Shown one piece after another: positions 38,365 through 48,683 of a stretch of 61,617 nt of DNA. How positions within the stretch are numbered: the stretch's first letter is position 1; each line of letters opens with the position of its first letter. The notes beneath the pieces are model-generated. The model ran no database searches, was not told where the DNA came from, and saw only the letters and a list, made by a program, of their open reading frames with translations. The DNA comes from Bacillota bacterium. GTDB taxonomy: Bacteria > Bacillota > Limnochordia > Limnochordales > ZCTH02-B6. The translations under genes were made by a program, and so were the position numbers. The DNA lies in the NCBI GenBank assembly GCA_017578085.2, contig PKQR02000003.1:1-61617 (forward strand), read 5' to 3'.

Positions 38365-39840
38365 ATGGAAAAGTTCGACCTCTTCGGCGACATCGCCCAG
38401 CGAACCGGAGGCAGCATCTACATCGGGGTCGTCGGCCCGGTGCGCACCGGAAAGTCGACCTTCATCAAGCGCTTCATGGACCTCTTGGTCCTCCCCCGGA
38501 TCAAGGACGGCTACGACCGCCAGCGGGCCCAGGACGAGCTCCCTCAGAGCGGTGCCGGGCGCACCATCATGACCACCCAGCCCTTGTTTGTCCCCGATCA
38601 GCCGGTCAAGCTGGAGTTCAACGGGGCGCGGGCCCGCGTCCGGTTGGTCGACTGCGTCGGTTACACCGTACCCGGCGCGCGGGGCTATGAGGACGAGCAA
38701 GGGCCTCGCCTGGTGCGCACGCCTTGGTTTGAGCGGGACATCCCCTTCCAGGAAGCGGCCGAGATCGGCACCCGCAAGGTGATCGAGGAGCACGCCACCA
38801 TCGGGATCGTGGTGACGACCGACGGCACCGTCGCGGACCTGCCTCGCCAGGCCTACGTGGAAGCGGAGCAGCGGGTCGTCCAGGAACTGAAAGCGCTGGG
38901 CAAGCCGTTCCTCGTCCTGCTCAACTCGGTGGACCCCGAAGCCCGTTCCGTACAGGAGCTCGCGGAGGAGCTCAGCCACCAGTACGGCGTGACGGTGGTG
39001 CCCATCAACTGCCTGCGCATGAACCAGCAGGACGCCTTGGACGTGCTGCATGAGATCTTGTTCGAATTCCCGGTTCAGGAAATCTCGGTGCGCTTGCCTC
39101 TCTGGATAGAGGAGCTGCCCGCCGACCACCCCTTGCGCCAGCAGTTCCTGGAGGCGGCGTGGGAGACCATCGCACCGGTGGAGCGCCTGCGGGACGTGGA
39201 GCAGGCGGTGGCCGCGCTGGCCGGCTACGACTTTGTGGAAACCGTCACCCTCAAACAGATGGAGCTGGGCCAAGGGACGGCCACGGTGGAGGTGGGTACC
39301 CGCCGCGGGCTGTTCTACAAGGTGCTGGCGGAGATGACCGGTTTCCAGGTGTCCGGCGACCACCACCTGGTCCGGCTCATGCAGGACCTGGCCGTGGCCA
39401 AGCGGGAATACGACAAGGTGGCGGCGGCCCTGGCCGACGTGCGCACGACGGGCTACGGGATCGTGACGCCGTCTTTGGAGGACATCGCCTTCGACGAGCC
39501 CGAGATTATCCGGCAGGGCGGCCGCTTCGGCGTGAAGCTGCGGGCCGGCGCGCCGTCCATCCACATGGTGCGGGCGGACATCTACACCGAGGTCACCCCC
39601 TTCGTCGGCACCGAGAAGCAGGGCGAGGAGTTCGCCCGCTACCTGACCGAGGAGTTCGAAAAGGATCCCGGGCGCGTCTGGAACTCGGACTTCCTCGGCA
39701 AGTCCCTGCAGGACCTGGTGCGGGAAGGCATCCAGAGCAAGCTGCACCGCATGCCCGAACACGCCCAAAAGAAGCTCCAGGAGACGCTGACCAAGATCAT
39801 CAACGAAGGCAGCGGGGGGCTTATCTGCTTCATCTTGTAG
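38365..39840 (+). CDS. spoIVA: Stage IV sporulation protein A (spore coat ATPase)
   Basis: IGVVGPVRTGKSTFIKRFM and C-terminal INEGSGGLICFIL. Confidence 0.98.
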   Translation: MEKFDLFGDIAQRTGGSIYIGVVGPVRTGKSTFIKRFMDLLVLPRIKDGYDRQRAQDELPQSGAGRTIMTTQPLFVPDQPVKLEFNGARARVRLVDCVGYTVPGARGYEDEQGPRLVRTPWFERDIPFQEAAEIGTRKVIEEHATIGIVVTTDGTVADLPRQAYVEAEQRVVQELKALGKPFLVLLNSVDPEARSVQELAEELSHQYGVTVVPINCLRMNQQDALDVLHEILFEFPVQEISVRLPLWIEELPADHPLRQQFLEAAWETIAPVERLRDVEQAVAALAGYDFVETVTLKQMELGQGTATVEVGTRRGLFYKVLAEMTGFQVSGDHHLVRLMQDLAVAKREYDKVAAALADVRTTGYGIVTPSLEDIAFDEPEIIRQGGRFGVKLRAGAPSIHMVRADIYTEVTPFVGTEKQGEEFARYLTEEFEKDPGRVWNSDFLGKSLQDLVREGIQSKLHRMPEHAQKKLQETLTKIINEGSGGLICFIL

Positions 39841-39926
39841 AGCACCTGTTTCGGCTTGCAGGGCGCGCGGCGTTCTCAAAACCCGCATCAAAAGCAGGAA
39901 AACCGGGGGTTAGTGCGCAAACGCCG

Positions 39927-39957
39927 GCAGGAACGGGCCTCGCCGGGGCGAAAGTAG
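39927..39957 (+). promoter_or_regulatory. Sigma-H-like promoter upstream of hup
   Basis: GCAGGAA-N16-GAAAGTAG. Confidence 0.4.
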
Positions 39958-40067
39958 CCCTGTCGGGCCCCCGGCGTTTCTTTTGTGCTCATGGACTGCA
40001 CAGGAATTGGACAACCTACGGTTCCAGATAGCGGCAAACCGGGGAGCCGGGAAGGGAGGTGACGGGC

Positions 40068-40343
40068 TTGACCAAAACGGAACTGATCGATCGGGTGGCC
40101 GCCAAGAGCGGCTTGACCAAGAAGGACGCCGGCAAGGCGGTGGACGCGCTGTTCGAAGCGGTCACCGAGGCGCTGGCCGGCGGCGAGCGGGTTCAGATCG
40201 TCGGTTTCGGCACCTTTGAAGTGCGGGAGCGGGCGGCCCGGCGGGGGCGCAATCCTCAGACGGGTGCCGACATCCAGATCGCGGCCCGCAAGATTCCTGC
40301 GTTCAAGGCTGGGAAGGCTCTGAAGGATTCGGTGGCCAAGTAG
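40068..40343 (+). CDS. hup: DNA-binding protein HU
   Basis: [27 protein letters not shown] and [11 protein letters not shown]; TTG 7 nt after SD GGAGGT. Confidence 0.97.
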   Translation: MTKTELIDRVAAKSGLTKKDAGKAVDALFEAVTEALAGGERVQIVGFGTFEVRERAARRGRNPQTGADIQIAARKIPAFKAGKALKDSVAK

Positions 40344-40421
40344 GCCGCCTGGTCTTGGCCATCTCCTGGCGCGACACCGGCAGCCGTTCCGCCTGCGTGT
40401 GGCAAGGGGCCGGTGTCGCTC

Positions 40422-40450
40422 TTTATTCACCTTCGGGAACATGTTATAAT
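40422..40450 (+). promoter_or_regulatory. Sigma-A promoter for hom-thrC-thrB-lysC
   Basis: TTTATT-N17-TATAAT with extended TG. Confidence 0.65.
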
Positions 40451-40485
40451 CCTGAAAGTTACACGCCCCCCGGGAGGAAGCACCT

Positions 40486-41775
40486 GTGGAAAAGCCAGTG
40501 CAGGTCGGCCTGCTGGGATGCGGCACCGTGGGCAGCGGCGTGCTTTCGATCTTGCAGGCCAACGGCGAGCGCATCGCGGCGCGTGCCGGTGCTCCCATTG
40601 AGGTGCGGCGCGTCGCGGTGCGGGATCCCAAGAAGAGCAGGACGGTGTCCCTCGACCCCGCGCTGCTCACCACCGACCCATGGGAGATCGTCAATGACCC
40701 GGGCATCGACATCGTCGTCGAGGTCATCGGTGGTGTCGATCCGGCCCGCGATCTCATCGCGGCCGCGCTGGACAAAGGCAAGCCGGTCGTGACGGCCAAC
40801 AAGGAAGTGCTGGCCAAGCACGGGCCGGAGCTTCTTTCCTTGGCCGCGCGCCGCGGGGTCGACCTGTTTTTTGAGGGGAGCGTGGCCGGTGGGATCCCCA
40901 TCATCAAGCCGCTGCGGGAGAGCCTCGCCGCCAACCGGGTGCAGGCCATCGTCGGCATCATCAACGGTACCACCAACTACATGCTGACCCGCATGAGCCG
41001 TGAGGGCATACCCTTTGCCGAGGTGCTGCGGGAAGCCCAGGCCCTGGGGTATGCGGAAGCCGACCCGGCGTCGGACGTGGAAGGGTACGACGCGGCCTTC
41101 AAGATCGCTATCTTGGCCTCGCTGGCCTTCGAAACCCCGGTGCGGGTGGAGGACGTCTACTGCGAGGGGATCACCCGCATTACCCCGGAGGACATCCGCT
41201 ACGGCCGGGAGCTGGGCTACGAGATCAAGCTGTTGGCCATCGCCAGGGAGCATGAGGGGCAGCTGGAAGTGCGGGTGCACCCCGCCTTCATCCCGGCGGC
41301 GCATCCGCTGGCGGCGGTGAACGACGTCTTCAACGCCATATTTGTGCGGGGCGACGCTGTGGGCGAGCTCATGTTTTACGGCCGCGGCGCCGGCAGCTTG
41401 CCGACGGGCAGTGCTGTGGTGGCGGACCTGGTGGACGCGGTGCGCCGGCTGCGTTACGGCGGCAACGGGCGGCAGCAGCCCCCGGCGGCACGGATGGCCA
41501 TCAGGCCCATCGAGGAGACGGTTTCCCGGTACTACGTTTCGCTAAAGGTCGTCGATCGCCCAGGGGTATTGGCCAAGATCGCCGCGGCCTTTGGGGAAAA
41601 CGACGTCAGCATCGACTCGGTTATCCAGAAGGGCCGGCTGGAAGACCCGGTCGACTTGGTGTTTGTCACCCATGAAGTGCGGGAGGCCAACATCCGCCGG
41701 GCGTTGGCGCAGATCAGCCGGCTTCCCGTGGTGCGCCAGGTGAGCAACGTGATCCGGGTGGAGGCGGAAGTATGA
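40486..41775 (+). CDS. hom: Homoserine dehydrogenase (C-terminal ACT)
   Basis: [21 protein letters not shown] and GYAEADP motifs. Confidence 0.97.
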   Translation: MEKPVQVGLLGCGTVGSGVLSILQANGERIAARAGAPIEVRRVAVRDPKKSRTVSLDPALLTTDPWEIVNDPGIDIVVEVIGGVDPARDLIAAALDKGKPVVTANKEVLAKHGPELLSLAARRGVDLFFEGSVAGGIPIIKPLRESLAANRVQAIVGIINGTTNYMLTRMSREGIPFAEVLREAQALGYAEADPASDVEGYDAAFKIAILASLAFETPVRVEDVYCEGITRITPEDIRYGRELGYEIKLLAIAREHEGQLEVRVHPAFIPAAHPLAAVNDVFNAIFVRGDAVGELMFYGRGAGSLPTGSAVVADLVDAVRRLRYGGNGRQQPPAARMAIRPIEETVSRYYVSLKVVDRPGVLAKIAAAFGENDVSIDSVIQKGRLEDPVDLVFVTHEVREANIRRALAQISRLPVVRQVSNVIRVEAEV

Positions 41776-42827
41776 GCGGTCCCGGCATCATCGCCCGCTA
41801 CCGGCCTTATCTTACGCTGCCCAAGGAAGGTCCCATCATCACCCTCTTGGAGGGAGACACGCCGCTGATCCCGGCGCCGCGGCTGGCCCGGGAGATGGGC
41901 CTGCCGGCGGAGCTCTTCATAAAGTATGAGGGCGCCAACCCAACCGGATCGTTTAAGGACCGGGGAATGACGATGGCGGTCACCGATGCGGTGATGCGGG
42001 GAGCGCGGGCGGTCATCTGCGCCTCCACAGGCAACACGTCGGCGTCGGCCGCCGCTTACGCCGCCCGGGCCGGCCTGCCTTGCTACGTGCTCATACCCAA
42101 GGGCAACGTGGCCAAGGGAAAGCTGGCCCAGACGATGATGCACGGGGCTCGGGTCATCGAGATCGAGGGCAACTTTGACGAGGCGCTCAAGCTCGTCCGG
42201 GAGCTGGCCGAAGCCCACCAACTGGCCATCGTCAACTCCGTCAACCCGGTGCGCCTGCAAGGGCAGAAGACGGCCGCCTTCGAGATCTGCGACGCGCTGG
42301 GCGAGGCGCCGGACTTCCTGGCGCTGCCGGTGGGCAACGCCGGCAATATTACGGCCTATTGGATGGGGTTCAAGGAATATTTCCAGCTCGGCAAAATCCG
42401 CCGGCTGCCGCGGATGCTCGGTTTCCAGGCGGCGGGCGCCGCGCCTATCGTGGAGGGGCGGCCCATCGCCCAGCCCGAGACCATCGCCACGGCCATCCGC
42501 ATCGGCAACCCGGCCAGCTGGCAACACGCCGTCGCAGCCCGGGACGAGTCGGGCGGACTGATCGCAAAGGTGACCGATGACGAGATCTTGGAAGCGTACC
42601 GGCTCGTCGCCCGGTTGGAAGGCATCTTTTGTGAGCCGGCCTCGGCCGCGTCGCTGGCCGGGGTGGCCCAGTTGGCCCGGCAGGGCTTCTTCCAACCTGG
42701 GCAGCGGGTCGTGTGCGTGCTCACCGGCCACGGGCTCAAAGACCCCGACCGGGCGGCCGCCGAAGGCGCCGGGACCATGGTGCTGCCCGCCAGGGCCGAG
42801 GCGCTGGCCGAGGTGTTGGCGCCATGA
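41772..42827 (+). CDS. thrC: Threonine synthase
   Basis: [25 protein letters not shown] and TGHGLKD motifs. Confidence 0.96.
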   Translation: MSGPGIIARYRPYLTLPKEGPIITLLEGDTPLIPAPRLAREMGLPAELFIKYEGANPTGSFKDRGMTMAVTDAVMRGARAVICASTGNTSASAAAYAARAGLPCYVLIPKGNVAKGKLAQTMMHGARVIEIEGNFDEALKLVRELAEAHQLAIVNSVNPVRLQGQKTAAFEICDALGEAPDFLALPVGNAGNITAYWMGFKEYFQLGKIRRLPRMLGFQAAGAAPIVEGRPIAQPETIATAIRIGNPASWQHAVAARDESGGLIAKVTDDEILEAYRLVARLEGIFCEPASAASLAGVAQLARQGFFQPGQRVVCVLTGHGLKDPDRAAAEGAGTMVLPARAEALAEVLAP

Positions 42828-43831
42828 GGGAAGGCGAACGAGCCGGGTCAGCGGCCGTCGGTATCGGGCCGAGAAGCCGCGTCCGGGTCCGCGTCCCGGC
42901 CACGTCGGCCAACCTGGGGCCGGGCTTCGACACGCTGGGCATGGCCTTGTCCCTCTTCAATTACTTCGACGTCGAGCTGGCCGCCGAAGGCTGCTGGGTC
43001 GAAGCCACAGGGGAGGCCGCCGAGCGAGTTCCGTTGAACGCCGACAACCTGGTCATCCGGGCGGCGCAGGCCGTGTGGAAGCGGGCCGGCATGCCGCCCA
43101 CGGGCTGGCGGGTGCGGGTGGAGGCGCAGATCCCGTTTGGCCGAGGACTGGGCAGCTCGGCGTCGGCCATCGTCGGCGGCGCGGTGGCGGCCAACGTGCT
43201 CGCAGGCGAGCCGTTGGGCGCCGGCGAGCTGCTGCGCATCGCGGCGGAGCTCGAGGGGCATGCGGACAACGTCACCCCGGCTCTGTTCGGCGGGTTCACG
43301 GTGGTGGCGCAAGGGTGCCCGGGCGAGCATGCCGGCGACATCCGCTGGGTGCGTCTTGCGGCCCGGGGGCTGGTGGCGGTGGTGGCCGTCCCGGAGCTGC
43401 AGCTGCCGACGCAGCAGTCCCGGCGCATCCTGCCGCGGCAGGTGAGCCTCCAGGACGCGGTGTTTAATATGAGCCGCGCCTGTCTCCTGGTGGCGGCGTT
43501 GGCCACAGGCGACACCCGCGCCCTGGCGGCCGCCATGGAGGACCGGCTGCACCAGCCTTACCGGGCGGCTTTGGTGCCGGGATTCACGCAGGTCGTTCAG
43601 GCCGCGAGGGACGCTGGCGCCGTGGGCGCCGTGCTGAGCGGCGCGGGTCCAGCGGTGCTCGCCCTGGCCGCCGAAGGCGGTCCCATAGAGGCCATCGGGG
43701 ACGCAATGGCAGAGGCGTTTCAGGCCGCTGGGGTGCCCGCCCGCTGGCTGGCATTGGACCTGGATGATGGAGGAGCCCAGGTCGAAACACCCGACGGCTT
43801 TAGAGCAGTGGGGGGAAGTCGCTGCATATGA
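42824..43831 (+). CDS. thrB: Homoserine kinase
   Basis: [26 protein letters not shown] and SGAGP motifs. Confidence 0.96.
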   Translation: MREGERAGSAAVGIGPRSRVRVRVPATSANLGPGFDTLGMALSLFNYFDVELAAEGCWVEATGEAAERVPLNADNLVIRAAQAVWKRAGMPPTGWRVRVEAQIPFGRGLGSSASAIVGGAVAANVLAGEPLGAGELLRIAAELEGHADNVTPALFGGFTVVAQGCPGEHAGDIRWVRLAARGLVAVVAVPELQLPTQQSRRILPRQVSLQDAVFNMSRACLLVAALATGDTRALAAAMEDRLHQPYRAALVPGFTQVVQAARDAGAVGAVLSGAGPAVLALAAEGGPIEAIGDAMAEAFQAAGVPARWLALDLDDGGAQVETPDGFRAVGGSRCI

Positions 43832-45081
43832 GGATCGTCGTGCAGAAATACGGCGGGTCGTCGGTGGCCACGCCGGAACGCATCAAGGCCGTCGCCCGCA
43901 GGGTCGTCGAAACGCGGCGCGCGGGCAACGCGGTCGTCGTCGTCGTGTCGGCCATGGGCGACACCACGGACCAGCTGATTGCCCTCGCCCGGCAGATCAG
44001 CGCCTCGCCGCCGAAGCGGGAGATGGATATGCTGCTCGCGACCGGCGAGCAGGTCTCCATCGCGCTCTTGGCCATGGCCATCCACGACTTGGGCGAGCCG
44101 GTCATCTCCCTGACGGGGCCGCAGGGCGGCATCATCACCGACAGCGCCCACACCAAGGCCAGAATCCTCGAGGTGGAGCCGGCGCGCGTGCGGGCCGAGC
44201 TCAACCAGGGGCGCATCGTCATCGTCGCCGGTTTCCAGGGGCTAAGCCGCGACAGTGCCGACATCACGACCCTGGGTCGAGGCGGGTCGGACACGACCGC
44301 GGTCGCTTTGGCGGCGGCCCTGCGCGCAGACGTCTGCGAGATCTACACCGACGTCCCGGGCGTCTTTACCGCAGACCCGCGGGTGGTACCCAACGCGCGG
44401 AAACTCGCGGACATCTCCTACGGCGAGATGCTGGAAATGGCGAGCCTCGGCGCAGTGGTGCTGCAGCCTAGAAGCGTCGAGTACGCCGCGCAGCACGGGG
44501 TCACCATCCATGTGCGGTCCAGCTTCAGCAACGAAGAGGGCACGTACGTAAGGGAGGAGAAACTGGTGGAACGGGATATGGTGGTGGTCGGCGTCGCCCA
44601 CGACACCAACGTGGCCAAGGTGGTGTTGGTGGACGTGCCGGACCGTCCCGGCGTGGCGCACCGCCTCTTCTCGGCCCTGGCGGCGGAGAACATCAATGTG
44701 GACATGATCGTGCAGAGCACGAAGCAGGAGAAGACCACCGACCTCTTGTTCACCGTCACCCGGGATGATCTGCCCAGAACGCTGGAGATTGCCGAATCGA
44801 TCGCCAAAGAACTGGGGGCCAAGGGCGTGCTGCACGCGACGGGCCTCGGCAAGGTTTCCATCGTCGGGGCCGGCATGGTCAGCAACCCGGGCGTCGCCGC
44901 CCGCATGTTCGGGGCCCTGGCGGCCAACAACATCAACATCCAGGTGATCAGCACGTCGGAGATCAAGGTCTCCTGCTTGATTGACCTGGAGCAGGTGCCT
45001 ACGGCCGTACGGGCGATCCACGACGCCTTCGGCCTGTCGAGCCAGACTGAGGGCGCTCCGTCCACCTCGGTCGCCCGCTAA
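43828..45081 (+). CDS. lysC: Aspartate kinase (two ACT domains)
   Basis: [25 protein letters not shown] and STSEIK motifs. Confidence 0.95.
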   Translation: MRIVVQKYGGSSVATPERIKAVARRVVETRRAGNAVVVVVSAMGDTTDQLIALARQISASPPKREMDMLLATGEQVSIALLAMAIHDLGEPVISLTGPQGGIITDSAHTKARILEVEPARVRAELNQGRIVIVAGFQGLSRDSADITTLGRGGSDTTAVALAAALRADVCEIYTDVPGVFTADPRVVPNARKLADISYGEMLEMASLGAVVLQPRSVEYAAQHGVTIHVRSSFSNEEGTYVREEKLVERDMVVVGVAHDTNVAKVVLVDVPDRPGVAHRLFSALAAENINVDMIVQSTKQEKTTDLLFTVTRDDLPRTLEIAESIAKELGAKGVLHATGLGKVSIVGAGMVSNPGVAARMFGALAANNINIQVISTSEIKVSCLIDLEQVPTAVRAIHDAFGLSSQTEGAPSTSVAR

Positions 45082-45105
45082 ACCTCTCCGGGCAAGAGAA
45101 CTGAC

Positions 45106-45140
45106 ACGGTGCGGCTGCCCTAGAAAGGCAGCCGCACCGT
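45106..45140. terminator. 14-bp perfect hairpin between convergent lysC and fhs
   Basis: acggtgcggctgcc-N7-ggcagccgcaccgt; no T tract; includes the fhs stop codon. Confidence 0.55.
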
Positions 45141-46817
45141 ACCGTCTTCGGCCACATCCACGTCCAGCGCGGCCGGGCGCTTGGGAAGGCCGGGCATGGT
45201 CATGACGTCACCCGTTAAGCAGACCAGGAACCCGGCGCCGAGGTTCGGGCGTACACTCCGCACCGTGAGCCGCCAGCCGCGTGGAGCGCCCTTCAAGTGG
45301 GGCTGATCCGTGATGGAGTGCTGGGTCTTGGCCACGCACACCGGCAGCCCCGCGGCCCCCAGCGCCTCACAGGCCGCGATGTCCCGTTCCGCCTCCGGCG
45401 TAAAGTCCACCCCGTCGGCCCCATAGACCGCCTGCGCCAGGCGCTCGAGCTTCTCCTTGATGGGCCAGTGCCACTCGTAGACAGGGCGGAACTGCGGGCG
45501 TTCCTTTGCCAGGATGTCCAGGACAGCCTCGGCCAGCGCCTCACCGCCCGCGCCGCCGTGCTGCACAACGGTGGCCTCGGCGTGCGGTACGCCCAGGGCG
45601 GCGCAGTGATCGAAGACGAGTTTCAGCTCGTCCTCCGAGTCCCCTTCGAAACGGTTGATGGCCACCACCACCGGCAGGCCAAACCGGCGCAAGATCCCGA
45701 TATGATGGTCCAAGTTGGCGAGCCCTGCCCGGACCGCCGCCGCGTCGGGTACGGCCATGCGGCTCTTGGCCACTCCGCCGTGCATGCGCAAAGCCCGCAC
45801 GGAGGCCACCAGTACGGCCACATCGGGCACGAGACCGCTGTAGCCGTGGACGATGTGGAAGAATTTCTCCGCGCCCAGGTCCGCGGCAAAACCGCCCTCG
45901 GTCACCACGTAGTCGGACACCTTCAACGCAAGGCGCGTGGCGAGGATTGAATTGTTCCCGTGGGCGATGTTGGCAAAGGGCCCGCCGTGCACAAACGCCG
46001 GCTGGCCTTCCAGCGTCTGCACCAGGTTGGGCTTGATGGCTTGGGCCAGGACCGCGGCCAGCGCGCCTTGCGCCCCCAGATCCCGGGCGTACACCGGCTG
46101 GCCGGTGTACGTGTAGCCGATGAGGATGCGGCCCAAGCGTTCTTTTAGGTCCGCGATCCCGTCGGCCAAGCAGAGAATGGCCATGATCTCCGACGCGACG
46201 GTGATGTCAAACCGGCTCTCCCTGGGCACGCCGTTGGTCGAGCCGCCGAGCCCGACGATGACATGGCGCAGCGCGCGGTCGTTGACGTCCAGCACCCGGG
46301 GCCACACGATGCGGCGAGGATCCAGTCCCAGCTCGTTGCCGTGGTGAATGTGGTTGTCGATCAGAGCCGCCAGCAGGTTGTGGGCGGCGCCGACGGCGTG
46401 GATGTCGCCGGTGAAGTGCAGGTTGATCTCGTTGGCGGGGATGATGCGGGCGCGCCCGCCGCCGGTGGCGCCGCCCTTGATGCCAAACACCGGCCCCATG
46501 GAAGGCTCCCGCAGCGCAGCGGCGGCTTTTTTCCCAAGTCTGCCGAGGGCCTGCACGAGGCCGATGGCCACGGTCGTCTTGCCCTCGCCGGCCGGCGTAG
46601 CCGTGATGGCCGTCGTGTAGATGAGCTTCCCGTTGGGAGTCGACGCCCGCCGGGCTAACGCCTCTAAGGAGATCTTGGCCATGTAGTGCCCGTAAGGCTC
46701 CACTTCGTCGGGCTGGAACCCGGCCTCGGCGGCGACCTCCATGATGGGGCGTGGCTTCGGTGTTGCCTCCAGCGTCTCAGGCGCCACGGTCGGACTGCCG
46801 CTTTCCGGCGCGGGCAT
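45120..46817 (-). CDS. fhs: Formate--tetrahydrofolate ligase
   Basis: TPAGEGKTT, GIKGGATGGG, HGGPFANIAHG and MPGLPKRP motifs; ATG 46817 after SD GGGAGG. Confidence 0.97.
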   Translation of the reverse strand: MPAPESGSPTVAPETLEATPKPRPIMEVAAEAGFQPDEVEPYGHYMAKISLEALARRASTPNGKLIYTTAITATPAGEGKTTVAIGLVQALGRLGKKAAAALREPSMGPVFGIKGGATGGGRARIIPANEINLHFTGDIHAVGAAHNLLAALIDNHIHHGNELGLDPRRIVWPRVLDVNDRALRHVIVGLGGSTNGVPRESRFDITVASEIMAILCLADGIADLKERLGRILIGYTYTGQPVYARDLGAQGALAAVLAQAIKPNLVQTLEGQPAFVHGGPFANIAHGNNSILATRLALKVSDYVVTEGGFAADLGAEKFFHIVHGYSGLVPDVAVLVASVRALRMHGGVAKSRMAVPDAAAVRAGLANLDHHIGILRRFGLPVVVAINRFEGDSEDELKLVFDHCAALGVPHAEATVVQHGGAGGEALAEAVLDILAKERPQFRPVYEWHWPIKEKLERLAQAVYGADGVDFTPEAERDIAACEALGAAGLPVCVAKTQHSITDQPHLKGAPRGWRLTVRSVRPNLGAGFLVCLTGDVMTMPGLPKRPAALDVDVAEDGTVRLPF

Positions 46818-46976
46818 GGCCAGGTCCCTCCCAAGCTTCACTCAGCCAGTGGGTCAGCTCCGGCCCCTTGGGGCGCGAAGAACTCCCGCATTCATCTTGC
46901 CCCGCGGGTGGCCGCGTTCGCCAGTGGCAGATGTCCATCCGCGCTGCGCCGGCCGGGCGCAAGGTGCTTGGAGCCG

Positions 46977-47005
46977 TTGCCTTCCCGCCGGTTTTGTGGT
47001 ATCCT
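46977..47005 (+). promoter_or_regulatory. Sigma-A promoter of tRNA-Pro
   Basis: TTGCCT-N17-TATCCT with extended TG. Confidence 0.65.
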
Positions 47006-47024
47006 AAGAACCGCCACCAGGAGT

Positions 47025-47102
47025 CGGGGCGTGGCGCAGCTTGGTTAGCGCGCTACCTTGGGGTGGTAGAGGTCGCTGGTTCGAATCCAGTCGCCCCGAC
47101 CA
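47025..47102 (+). tRNA. tRNA-Pro (anticodon GGG)
   Basis: Acceptor stem cggggcg/cgccccg, anticodon arm ctacc-ttggggt-ggtag, T arm ggttcgaatcc, encoded CCA. Confidence 0.97.
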
Positions 47103-47111
47103 AGGCGAAGG

Positions 47112-47149
47112 GCCCATCGGAAGCCAATTTCCGATGGGCTCTATTCTTT
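47112..47149 (+). terminator. Terminator after tRNA-Pro
   Basis: gcccatcggaa-N6-ttccgatgggc followed by tctattcttt. Confidence 0.75.
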
Positions 47150-47468
47150 GTCAGCGTCTTCGTGGGCACCATTTCGCGCGACAAAAACGCGACAAACCCT
47201 TGTTCGTGAGTGCCTGCCGTCTGATCCCGTAGACGCCGCGCGGCCCGGTTCGCGCGGCTATTTCCTCAACGGCGCGGCGTACCCGGCTTCATGCCGAACA
47301 GGAACTCAAGACTCGGCTCCTCCACCTCATCGCCCTCATGTGGCACGTGCCGTCTAGGTCATGGCGCCGCGTAGCCGGCCCAGCCGTAACAACCCCCAAT
47401 AGGCCGGCGGTCGCTGAACTTGCGCCCACGGAATATAGCCCCCACGGGTAGCTGGGGCCGTGACGTGA

Positions 47469-47666
47469 TTACCGAACGTGCGCTTCTCTCGCGATGTACG
47501 TCTGCCATGAACGTCGCACCGCGGTATTCGACGTCTCGCGCATGATTTTCTTGCCGACAATTATTGCCCGTTTCACTCGTTCGGATTTCGGGGGGAGCGG
47601 GCGAACGTACACCCCCGGCGCGATTTGCTTGTAGCCAGCCTTCACCATCCGTTGTGTTACCGTCAT
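47469..47666 (-). CDS. Small basic hypothetical protein (65 aa)
   Basis: ATG preceded by SD AGGAG that overlaps the TAG of the upstream extended frame; K/R-rich. Confidence 0.6.
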   Translation of the reverse strand: MTVTQRMVKAGYKQIAPGVYVRPLPPKSERVKRAIIVGKKIMRETSNTAVRRSWQTYIAREAHVR

Positions 47667-47678
47667 CGCGTTCCACTC

Positions 47679-48503
47679 CTATAACCAGGTGTACGTGCTC
47701 GCCAGTTTCTCTGCCACTCCGGTCAGCACGTCATCGGTTCTCTCCGGATTTTGGGTCAGGTGCGAACGATCGGCGTGTGACCTGTCGTCTACTGAGAGTA
47801 CCCCGAGTATGCGATCTCACCGGACGATGGGCACCGATACGACGCACCGAATATCTCTCGTTAAGTCCCAATGTTCCCGGTCCATCCCGTAGCTGTTGGC
47901 ACTTGCTGCCAGTTCTTCGAAAGTCTTGTCATTATGGTCAGACAAATCGAACCGCACGAGACTCCTGGGTTCATAGGCCAGACCAACTGCTCCCTGTCCG
48001 CGATTCCAGCACAGGCGCCGCTCCTGCTTTTCATAGTTCCCGTACCAGTACGCGATGCGAAGTGGCCCTAACCCGAAGTAACGCCGCGTCATGATATTGG
48101 CGCGGACCGAAGAGCTGGTATCGCTCCCAACCAGCAGCCGTACCACCATGCGCAGTTCTTCCCTGAGAACCTCGCGTCGTCGGACGATCATTTCATAAAC
48201 GCTCAAAACGACGCTGCCGATACTGCCGACGAACGACAAAATAAGCCCCCACAGCACGAAGCCCCTAGCCCCAGGCGGCAACAAAGACAAGCTAGGGAAC
48301 TGCAAAAGGAATGCCCCGATAGCACTTATCAGGAGCAAAATAACACGCCCTACAAAGAGCATCCATGGCGTTATTTGGCGAGAGATAAAGGAAGAGATAA
48401 AGGAGTAGACGGCGCCCGCGCGGCGCACGCGTGCGATTAATTCGACAACCCTGAGAAGCAGACCTTTCGAACTATGATTCTTTTGCGACGCTAGGTGGTT
48501 CAC
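47679..48503 (-). pseudogene. Membrane-anchored GAF-like protein interrupted by an in-frame TGA (47817-47819)
   Basis: Frame continues past TGA: CVVSVPIVR*DRILGVLSVDD...TYTWL, to TAG 47679; two hydrophobic segments; start uncertain (GTG 48503 or ATG 48362). Confidence 0.65.
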
Positions 48504-48554
48504 ATTTGGTCGTCCCGACCGGGCCCCGGCCCGCCGGAAGGATGTAGCGATAGG

Positions 48555-48582
48555 AACCGTGTCCTGTCCGCAGCCATATGAT
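48555..48582 (+). promoter_or_regulatory. Sigma-K-like promoter upstream of the TauE gene
   Basis: AACC-N16-CATATGAT fits mACm-N16-CATAnnnT. Confidence 0.4.
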
Positions 48583-48683
48583 GACGAGCACCGGCGCCGG
48601 TACCAGTCTCTAATTGTCCTTCTCTGAGCGGCCCGCTGACGAGCGCGGCCCAGGGACCTGCAGAGGCAGAAGGAGGGGCATGT

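Larger units (their letters stand above)
47103..48520. mobile_element. Putative horizontally acquired islet / integrative element remnant at tRNA-Pro
   Basis: Visibly lower GC and atypical codons; ends at an 11/12 copy of the tRNA 3' end; 9-bp direct repeat near the tRNA; no integrase. Confidence 0.5.

Noticed and set aside
37600-39891. Long antisense/alternate-frame ORFs (e.g. 763 aa here, 692 aa at 19951-22029, 469 aa at 198-1607)
   Set aside because: Shadow ORFs expected opposite real genes in high-GC DNA; no motifs
40451-40485. T-box or lysine riboswitch upstream of hom or lysA
   Set aside because: Predicted leaders are only about 30-40 nt, too short for these elements
47817-47819. Selenocysteine at the in-frame TGA
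   Set aside because: The position is a turn between predicted GAF strands, not a Cys-like site, and I see no convincing SECIS hairpin downstream; a nonsense change or sequencing error is more parsimonious
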